Origin: Narcine bancroftii
Taxonomy: Eukaryota
DNA length: 34,577 bases
NCBI RefSeq assembly: GCF_036971445.1
Contig: NC_091472.1
Coordinates: 75,702,001-75,736,577, forward strand
Reading direction: 5' to 3'
Shown: positions 22,640-31,696 of the stretch, one piece after another
Layout: every line of letters starts with the position of its first letter
Position numbering within the stretch: position 1 is the stretch's first letter
Position numbers and translations under genes: made by a program
The notes under the pieces: model-generated
Seen by the model: the letters and a program-made list of their open reading frames with translations, nothing else
Databases searched by the model: none
What the model was told of the DNA's origin: nothing

Positions 22640-23400
22640 GCTAATCCAATCTCTCCCATAGCTGAAGTCCTCCAATCCAGGCATCATACGCTAAGGCAGA
22701 AAGCAGAAGCTGACAAAAATGATAAATCAGTAAAGGATCTAGTCATTCTTCTATTTGAGACAGCACTCCTCTCTTCTGGCTTTTCATAGAAGGATCCACA
22801 AACTCATGCAAATCGCATTTACAAGCAGAAGTTGTGTTACTACTTCCAGAAAACTATGGACTTTTCGTCTAGATTTCTCTCTTTATCAGTACTCCTTTGC
22901 ACCCTACTATTTATTCTATGTGATTTCAATTTGATTTGACAAAATACATTCCCTTTCACTTGCTGGTATTAAATTCCATCTGTCAACATTCTGTCCAACT
23001 TTCCAATTGATACATGTCCTGATATAGTTTTAGACAATATTCCTTGCTATATTCAACACCAATTTACATGTCATCCCCAAACTAACTAATCATACCTCCA
23101 ACATTCACATTATGCATCTCAAACATCACAGATTCCAGCAATGAATTCTTGGGTCGACCTCTTGTCACAGACTTCCAATCAGAAAAGCATCTTTCTACTA
23201 CTAACCTCTGCTTCCTCTTATCAAATGAAGTTTAGATCCAATTAGCCAACTCATCTTGGGCCCCATGTGCCTCAGCAATATGGGATCTTGTCTACCACCC
23301 TGCCCTCGCCAATCTCCTTGGTTTCCCCTACAAAAATCTCAATCAAATTAATGAGACAAAATGTTTGCCCTCCCACATAAATATTAAACAAATATTCTGG
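22640..23400 (-). mobile_element. Old CR1 fragment, with the HSP90 piece at an internal deletion
   Basis: MPGLEDFSY at the left end; CLINLIEIF...GRVVD RT motif at the right end. Confidence 0.7.
22688..22825 (+). pseudogene. hsp90aa1: HSP90-alpha C-terminal domain coding fragment (138 bp, premature stop)
   Basis: [44 protein letters not shown]; KSV, VIL and THAN are alpha-isoform residues; TAG at 22787-22789. Confidence 0.93.
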
Positions 23401-23741
23401 CCCTTGTTTATCAAAAAAATAGAATACATTGTGACGGCGCACATACTCGTGGTGAACTGGCCCCACTTGTACCGCCGCGTGGTAGGGCAGCCCCGAGAAG
23501 ATGGCGCCGTCGGGGGACCTCCTTGCCTAGTGGCTTGAACCCAGCACACGCCTCAGGGAGGCATGATGACATCACCACTCGCGCAGGGATGGAGCTCAGT
23601 CTTCCCTTAAAGAGGCACGCGCTAGATTAGAAATAAACAGTCATTGAGAGCTTCCAACGTGGTGGATGTGAGTCTCTTTCATCGTAGCTACCGCTACATT
23701 GGTGTCCTTGACGAGTCCAGACATATTTCTGGCCTCTCAGT

Positions 23742-26700
23742 ATAGATCCCGCAGAGATCAATGCAGTCGCGGTGAAACTGCCCCTCTTCTGGACACATCG
23801 CCCATGTACGTGGTTCAGGCAGGTGGAAGCGCAGTTTCGCCGTCGAAACATTTCTTCAGATGCCACGATATTTTACCACGTCGTGAGCATACTCGACAAG
23901 GAGACCGTAGCCAGGGTGGACAAGCTCATCCACAACCCGCTGGAAGCCAGTAAATAGCCCACCCTCAAGAACCTCCTCCTCGGCACCGGAATAGCGCACC
24001 TCCAGACTCCTGTACCTGGATGGGTTGGGAGACAGAACCCCATCAGCCCAAATGGATGAGATGCTGATGCTGGCAGAGAATTATGCTGTGGTTCTTGTTC
24101 AGGCTGATCTTCCTCTAGCAAATGCCCAAAGACATACAGCTCCTGCTGGCGGATGAGGACTTCTCTGACCCATGGCGGTTGTGGCCCGCGCAAACACCTC
24201 TGGCAGACCAAGCAGGAGAACAAGGCCGCCCTCACCCAGATCACCCGCTCAGGGCCTAGTCGGCCGCAAGCGCCCCCCAAGCACAAGCCAGAGGAACACC
24301 ACCCCACATAAGTGCTTCTACCACCAACGCTGGGGGGCTCAAGCCCGTAAGTGCAGGCAGCCCTGTGCCTTTCAGGGAAATAACTCGGCCAGCCGCCACC
24401 ACGCGAACAGCCTCCTGCACGTTACCGACAAGTCCACTAGCCGATGTTTCTTATTGGACACTGGAGCGAAGCTGAGCGTTTTACCCCTAACTGCCTTTGA
24501 GACCCGCACCCAAGCACGGGGCCACACCGTACGGGCAGCCAATGGATCCGCCATCAAGACCTTCAGCACTCTGAGGACGCAGATCCAGATCGGGAAAGAC
24601 AAGTTCCGGTGGAGGTTCATGCTGGCCTCAGTGGGCACAGCGCTGTTGGGGGCCGACTTCTTCCTAGCGCACAGCCTGCTGGTGGACGTCAAGGGCAAAC
24701 GGTTAGTCAACGCCCGGACCTTTCAGTCCGTCTGCCTCGAAGCCACAGAAGTCTGCAAGCCGGAGATAGCTGCCATCAGCACTCCCAGGGACGAGTATTC
24801 CAGCACACTTGATGAATTCCCCTCCATCCTGCAGCCACAGTTCACCACCGCCATGCCTCAACATGGAGTCTACCATCACATCTCCACTAAGAGCCCCCCG
24901 CTGCATGCCAAGGCTAGGTGATTACCCCCAGAACATCTACAACTGGCCAAGGAAGAGTTCTCCCGCCTGCAGGTGCTGGGAATTGTCCGCAGGTCGAATA
25001 GTCCCTGGGTCTTACCCCTTCACTTGGTCCCCAAGACTTTCGGGGGCTGGCGCCCCTGAGGGGATTATAGTCACCTTAACGATGCGACCAATATTCCATT
25101 CCACATATCCAGGACTTCTTGGCAAACTTGCACGGCGCCCAGGTCTTCTCGAAAGTTGACCTGGTACGGGGCTACCATCAACTCCCGGTCCATCCTGAAG
25201 ACATCAGCAAGACCATGATCATCAGCCCGTTTCGACTGTTCGAAAATCTTGCAGATGCCCTTTGGATTAAAGAACGCAGCCCAAACTTTCCAGCACCAAA
25301 TGGAAGCGGTGGGCAGGGACCTGGACTTTGTGTTCAACTACCTCAATGATATCTTCATCGCCAGCCAAGACCACGACGAGCATAAGGTCCATCTCCATAC
25401 CCTGTTCACCCGCTTGGCAGAGTTTGGCCTCACGGTTAACGTGGCCAAGTGCCAGTTCGGCAGGCAGACATTTCAATTCCTGAGACACACCATCTCGGCG
25501 GCTGGAGCCGCCCCGGCACCAGAGAAGATCGCAATCATGCACCAGTTCCAGAAACGCACCACCCTCAAAGGCCGGCAGGAGTTTGTCTGCATGGTGAAAT
25601 TCTACCACTGGTTCATACCTGGGGCAGCCCGCATCATGCAGCCGTTATTCTCGCTGATCGCCGCTTAAGACAAGGTCCTGGTATGGTCAGATGAGGCAGA
25701 GGGCACTTTTGCCTCAACAAAAGATGCACTGGCGAGCACCACGCTATCGGCCCACCTGCGCCTAGAGGCCAACACCGCACTCTCGGTGGATACCTCAGCC
25801 ACGGCCGTTGGGGGCATCCTGGAGCAATGGATCGATGGCCAGTGACACTTGCTAGCCTTCTTCAGCAGGCTCCTCCGGCCCCTAGAACTCAAGTACAGCA
25901 CCTTCGACAGGGAGATCCTGGCCATCAGACATTTCCGGTACTTCCTGGAGGGCAAGCTGATCACTACGTTCACCGATCACAAGCCACTCATGCAAGCCCT
26001 CGCGATTGCTAAAGACCCCTGGTCGGCTCGCCAGCAGCAGCACCTATCCTACGTGTCGGAGTTCATGCCTGACATCTGGCACCGGGCAGGTAAAGACAAT
26101 GTTGTGGCTGATGCGCTTTCACGACCCGCAATCCACAACCTCACCCCCCAGCCTAAACTACACCCAGCTGATGCAGGCCCAGAGGGAGGATGTGGAAACA
26201 CAGGCCCTCCGCACCACCTTTACTGGGCTCCAACTCCAGAACATCCGTTTGCCATGCAGCCCAGACATGCTGATCTGCAACGTTTCCACCGGCTCGCCGC
26301 TCCCAGTAGTCCCGCCGCAGTGGAGGTCGCAGGCCTTCAGCATGGTCCACGACCTAGTCCACCCCTCGGTCAAGACATCAGTGTGGATGGAGGCAGAGCG
26401 GGTTTTGTGGCACGGGCTCAAGAAGCAGGTAGCCCAGATGCCGAGCAGCTGCACACAGTGCCAGGCCTCCAAAGTCCACCGTCACAAAAAAGGTCCCGAA
26501 CAGTTCGACTCTGCGGCCAAGAGGTTCCAGCATATACACGTAGACATTGTGGGCTCCCTGCCGGTGTCCAAGGAGACGCGCTACTTGCTGATAGTGGTCG
26601 ACCGAGCTACGAGGTGGCCAGAAGCCATCCCACTCAAGGACACTTCTGCCAAAACGTGTGCCAGGAACTTGCTCACTCAATGGATCACCAGGTTTGGAGT

Positions 26701-27345
26701 CCTGGTGCACATTACCAGCGACAGAGGCGCCCAATTCACATCCGCCCTCTGGGCACGTGGCGAGCCTTCTGGGGGTCAAGCTCCACCACACCACGGCGTA
26801 CCATTCTCAAGCAAACGGCCTGGTGGAGCGATTCCACCGGCACCTGAAGTCGGCCCTCATGGCCCGCCCCACCGGTCCCGGCTGAGTGGACGAATTGCCC
26901 TGGGTCCTGTTCGGCATCAGGACGGCCCCAAAGGAGGATCCGTGGGTATCATCCTCAGAGTTGGTTTACAGTGCGCCACTGTCCGGGGGCTCAGCAACCG
27001 ACAACCCAATCTTGTAGGCAGACCTCCACAGCAAGCTCGCCTCGCAAGCTCCCCCTCCCCACCACGGTAGCCGACCGTCCCGTCTGCCCAAGGAGCTGGA
27101 TGTGGCCAACTACATTTTCATCTGGCATGGCTCGCACAGTGCGTCCCTGCAGTGCCCTTATGAAGGCCCCTACAGAGTCCTGCAGCGATCTGGGAAGACT
27201 TTCACGTTGGACATTGGGGGTAAAAGCGAACTGTTCATGGTTGACCACCTCAAGGAGGTGCACTTGGACCTCAGTCAACCAATTCAGACAGCCCAGCCAA
27301 AACGCCGAGGCCAGCCGCCCAAGTGGCGGGACGCGTACTCCGGTT
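23742..27345 (+). pseudogene. gag-pol: gag-pol pseudogene (PR, RT, RNase H, integrase with GPY/F motif)
   Basis: LLDTGA; FSKVDLVRGYHQ, MPFGLKNA, YLND; FTDHKPL; HVDIVG, SDRGAQF, ERFHR, PYEGPY; several stops and frameshifts, ATA at the expected start. Confidence 0.9.
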
Positions 27346-27604
27346 CGGGGGGGGGGGGGGGGGTGTTGTGTGGCGGCGCACATACTCGTGGTGAACCGGC
27401 CCTGCTTGTACCGCCGTGTGGCGGGGCAGCCATGAGAAGATGGTGCCATCGGGTGTCCTCCTTGCCTTGTGACTTGAACCCAGCTCTCACCGCCCACGCA
27501 GAGGCAGAGCTCATGCTGCCCTTAAAGGGGCGCGCACGAGTTTTGAAATAAGCAGTCATTGAGAGCCTCCAACGTGGTGGTTGTGAGTCTCTTTTGTCAT
27601 AGCT

Positions 27605-27648
27605 TTCTCTTTGGCTTGGCTTCGCAGACGAAGATTTATGGAGGGGTA
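27605..27648 (-). mobile_element. 44-bp RTE LINE 3' tip inserted in the 3' LTR
   Basis: Matches the RTE tail at 29867 and 31349; 19-bp TSD 27586-27604 / 27649-27667 with 3 transitions. Confidence 0.85.
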
Positions 27649-27744
27649 AGTCTCTTTCATCGTAGCTACCGCTACAACATTTACATTGTCCTTGACTATC
27701 ATACGCCAGGTATTGAAGCAGGCATCAAAATCCAAGTCAGTTAC

Positions 27745-27864
27745 CTGTAATTTGTCCTCCAATGCAGCTGTTGCACCTTCACCACTGTTCTCATCCACGA
27801 CCACTACCATGTGTGTAAGAGAGTTTACCTTCACTTGCTCGATCTCCAAGTCACTTTGTAATAC
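27745..27864 (-). CDS. utrn: Utrophin coding exon (homologous to DMD exon 13), 120 bp
   Basis: cctcag|GTA...TTACAG|gtaact; [40 protein letters not shown]. Confidence 0.96.
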
Positions 27865-28780
27865 CTGAGGAAAAAAAATGGTAAAATGCAATCAGATCAA
27901 ATACAGCAAAATTAATTCATCATACAAGGATGGGTCGAGCATAAATTCCCAACAAGTTCTCAGTTTGGCTTTGAATAAGCACCAAAATGGTCTTCAGGGT
28001 CAACAGTTAATCATGGACCAGGTGCAATGAGAGGCAGAAACAAACTGAATTACCAGTTAAAATTATGCAACAAAATCGGAGTATGGCATCGATGTTGATG
28101 TTTCACTTCTGTTCCTACTTAAAACATAAAAGTGAACAAACATAGATCAGCAGACCAACTTGATCTCCTGCATCCAATGCTATCTACTAACACAAACATT
28201 CCCAAACATCACACAAAGTAATCATTATAGTCTTGTTCAAGTTTCCTCTCTATAGTAAGCATACAATGTGACATGACCATCTGCTCGCTGCCACAGATTA
28301 CATGATTTAGTAGCCCAAACCTAGCATTCAAAATTGACTAGAGTCCATCAACAATAACACAAACCTAAACCACAACAAGCTGCATTTCCAGGGCTCACAC
28401 TCCACTCTCTCATCAGCAAGCCACAAGATTAAAGCTGATTTAGTGAAGGCCATGGAAGGATGCAGTACAAAAAGCAAACAAACTGGCCAGCTTTCTAATG
28501 AATATTAAGAGTCACCTCAAACCAAAATGTTAGTTGAATCAATCTCATCACTGTAGCTCGAAGAGAAGATGACTATAATATGTTCAACTCCTGATTTCTC
28601 AAATATTCAGCTTTAGTGTGCTCAAATCAAGAGTGTGAAGTTCACCTCGAAGGGAGCAACAAGTGTCCAGAATATCCTTACAGGACTTAAGTGCAGGTAT
28701 CCCTGTAACTCGCATTCTCCACTACTGGAATGGTGTGGTTTCAGGGCAGTGGCAGGAGTGAATCTTAACTTGCGGTCTCA

Positions 28781-29366
28781 CCTTTCAGGTGGCAGCCCTA
28801 AAAGGCTGCTTGCAGCGTTGCCTGGTCCTCCTGAAACGGGATATTCATATCCACAAGTGACCTGTAGTGACTCCGGATCTGCAGGAGGTGGGGTGACAGG
28901 TGCCGCAGCGCCACCTGTCATAAATATGCAGCATAGCAATGGCTGTCTTCCCTCCCCATAATTCCCCATACAGGTAGAACCACTGAGTTTCACCATTGTT
29001 TTTTGAGCTGCAGAGAGCAGCCCCAGAACAGGAGGAGCCAGTTGGGCTGTGACAGCCCACACCAGCCATCCCTCGACGGCCACCCTTGCCCCGCCAGCCG
29101 CCCCTGCCCCATCAGCCCCCACCGGATGCCCCTGCCAACCTCCCCTCCCTGTCAGGCAGCGGCTGTCAGGCAGCGGGGTGGGGGGCAGCTGTCAGGCAGC
29201 GGGGTGGGGGGCTGTCAGGCAGTGGGGCGGGGGGAGGGGGGGCTGTCAGGCAGCAGGGAGTTGGGTCACCGGTTGATGAAGGTTAGCGTCAGCACCTCAG
29301 AGGCACTTCTGCTGCATTCAGGTGAGTATGCAGCTTTTCACTGAGGTGTTCAGGCCACCTGAAAGG
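28781..29366. mobile_element. Non-autonomous DNA transposon (PIF/Harbinger-like MITE) with internal GC-rich minisatellite
   Basis: 13-bp perfect inverted termini CCTTTCAGGTGGC / GCCACCTGAAAGG; five CTGTCAGGCAG cores at 29149, 29163, 29189, 29212, 29243. Confidence 0.7.
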
Positions 29367-29866
29367 GCACAGTGTGACTGCCCATTTGTTTTAAGCATCA
29401 CTGACATTGCCTGTAGCTAATTCTAACTAAGCACAAACAAAACTGTCAGGAGCAAACCAATTTCAACAGAATAGTAACACAAGGGAAATTCCAATCATCT
29501 TACCACCTACTGAATTTTGAATATCCTTTCAATGGTAATTGTTTCTCTTCATTGCTTTGTCAGAAATGACCAGCTGAAATCTTTGTGTTGGCACTATAGC
29601 ATTAGCACCTCACTTACAATCAAATAGGTGATAATCATCCTGCCTCTGGCAACAGAACTACAAGAATATAAAATAAAAGCAAGATTTTCAAGTCTTCAAC
29701 AATACTGAAGCTCCAAATTTATAGACTGGACCAAATGAATAATCAATCAACGATAACCCAAGCGAAAATAATTTCACCTGAAAAACAGATTAAAATCTAC
29801 AATGAAAACCAAACGGAACAAAATGAGTAAAAATTCATTAATTCTTTTCACAACTAACAATAAATC

Positions 29867-30302
29867 CTTCTTTGGCTTGGCTTCGCGGACGAAGATTTAT
29901 GGAGGGGGTAAAAAGTCCACGTCAGCTGCAGGCTCGTTTGTGGCTGACAAGTCCGATGCGGGACAGGCAGACACGGTTGCAGGGGAAAATTGGTGGGTTG
30001 GGGTTGGGTGTTGGGTTTTTCCTCCTTTGCCTTTTGTCAGTGAGGTGGGCTCTGCGGTCTTCTTCAAAGGAGGTTGCTGCCCGCCAAACTGTGAGGCGCC
30101 AAGATGCACGGTTTGAGGCGATATCAGCCCACTGGCGGTGGTCAATGTGGCAGGCACCAAGAGATTTCTTTAGGCAGTCCTTGTACCTTTTCTTTGGTGC
30201 ACCTCTGTCACGGTGGCCAGTGGAGAGCTCGCCATATAACACGATCTTGGGAAGGCGATGGTCCTCCATTCTGGAGACGTGACCTACCCAGCACAGTTGG
30301 AT
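29867..30302 (-). mobile_element. RTE-clade LINE 3' fragment (copy A)
   Basis: WVGHVSRMEDHRLPKIVLYGELSTGHRDRGAPKKRYKDCLK...SRIGLVSHKRAC*; GAA-type tail. Confidence 0.93.
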
Positions 30303-30416
30303 AGGTCACTAATTAGTTAATAATTAATAGCTAATTAGCACTGCTTTAAGACATCACACAAACTCTTCTCATCTGTTTCTGGGGATTAGTGGGATGCTCA
30401 AACCACATGCACTTAC

Positions 30417-30567
30417 TTTATGCTCCTCAATCTTTTCTTTGAAGGATGTAAGTTCATCTCCTAGAGGCTGTGCTTCCATCTTTTGAATACGCTCTTCTGT
30501 CTGAGACAGCCAATTTGATAGTTGTTGCAGTTGCCGCTGCTGTAACTCCATTAGAACCTCATGAAGC
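30417..30567 (-). CDS. utrn: Utrophin coding exon (homologous to DMD exon 12), 151 bp
   Basis: ctttcag|G CTT...CATAAA|gtaagt; [50 protein letters not shown] (human UTRN [20 protein letters not shown]...). Confidence 0.96.
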
Positions 30568-30645
30568 CTGAAAGAAAATTGAATTTTTAATTTAAATATC
30601 GGAAAACATATTACCCTCTTGAAAGCAAGGCAGGAATATTATGGC

Positions 30646-30930
30646 TGTAGTGAGTTGTGAGGAGCGCAGCAAAGAGACTCAAACAACAGGCTGTGAGCTC
30701 GAGTATCACGAATGTTTTATTTTGAATTCCACGCTGCAGCCTTTTAAGCCTCTCCTTGGTCCCACCCCCAACATCCCGCCGCTTGCGTCCCGATAACGCA
30801 AGGGCATACATGACCTTCCGGTCTAGACCAGAAGAGACAGTCCCACGACACCATCCTTACTGTGGCTGCATCGCCGACTGTTCATGACAAGCGACACTGG
30901 TTTTCTGTTGCAAACATATGCATCGCCATA
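30646..30930 (-). mobile_element. Probable solo LTR, about 285 bp
   Basis: CpG-rich island with TGTAGTG...CGCCATA ends, minus-strand TTAAAA and AATAAA in LTR order; TSD not convincing. Confidence 0.5.
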
Positions 30931-30947
30931 TGATATTGCATTGTTTT

Positions 30948-31352
30948 TGGAGGACCATCGCCTTCCCAAGATCGTGTTATATGGCGAGCTCTCCACTGGC
31001 CACCGTGACAGAGGTGCACCAAAGAAAAGGTACAAGGACTGCCTAAAGAAATCTCTTGGTGCCTGCCACATTGACCACCGCCAGTGGGCTGATATCGCCT
31101 CAAACCGTGCATCTTGGCGCCTCACAGTTTGGCGGGCAGCAACCTCCTTTGAAGAAGACCGCAGAGCCCACCTCACTGACAAAAGGCAAAGGAGGAAAAA
31201 CCCAACACCCAACCCCAACCCACCAATTTTCCCCTGCAACCGTGTCTGCCTGTCCCGCATCGGACTTGTCAGCCACAAACGAGCCTGCAGCTGACGTGGA
31301 CTTTTTACCCCCTCCATAAATCTTCGTCCGCGAAGCCAAGCCAAAGAAGAAG
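30948..31352 (+). mobile_element. RTE-clade LINE 3' fragment (copy B)
   Basis: Reverse complement of 29867-30268; overlapping translations identical in several frames of the ORF track. Confidence 0.93.
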
Positions 31353-31696
31353 TTTTAGTCTACTGGTATCTTAAAAGCAATGCAAAGACCCTTAAAACAT
31401 GCCTCACCATGAGTTGTGTGTTATTTCAAACAAAAACATTTTGCTTTAACACAAAATGCTACTTTTCATTTTTTTTACTAAAAGCAGCAACAGACCACCC
31501 ACTCAAGATACAATGTTCCCAAAACTAGGTACAGTCATATGAGGGAGGGAAGGACTTCAGCAGAAAGACAGGAGAATTTGCATTTGTACTTGTGCTAAAA
31601 ATGCAAGGAAAAACCAAATGTTCAGATTCATTTAGGATCCCACTAAATAGCAAGGTCACAGTAATGTTACAGCACAAGACAAGACCATTCAGTGCC

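Larger units (their letters stand above)
23430..27676 (+). mobile_element. Full-length degenerate Gypsy LTR retrotransposon, CsRn1-like
   Basis: LTRs 23430-23698 and 27369-27676; TSD ACAT on both sides; decayed tRNA-Trp PBS TGGTGTCCTTGACG at 23700; G17 polypurine tract 27347-27363; gag VKLPLFW...WFRQVEAQF and CFYHQRWGAQARKCRQPC. Confidence 0.95.

Noticed and set aside
27347-27363. G17 homopolymer as a separate feature
   Set aside because: It is the Gypsy polypurine tract; its length may also reflect sequencing error
23873-27559. Long antisense and alternative-frame ORFs over the Gypsy element
   Set aside because: Expected by-products of GC-rich coding sequence; no independent motifs
29149-29260. 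CRISPR-like repeat-spacer pattern
   Set aside because: 11-bp cores with low-complexity G-run spacers in a vertebrate intron, no cas genes; a minisatellite
2128-30567. Calling the gene dystrophin (dmd) or drp2
   Set aside because: Exon sizes match DMD, but diagnostic peptides ([37 protein letters not shown]) follow utrophin; DRP2 lacks this rod region
29802-31344. Duplicated ORFs (MAWLRGRR..., MVPATLTT...) as a novel gene pair
   Set aside because: Alternative frames of the two RTE copies
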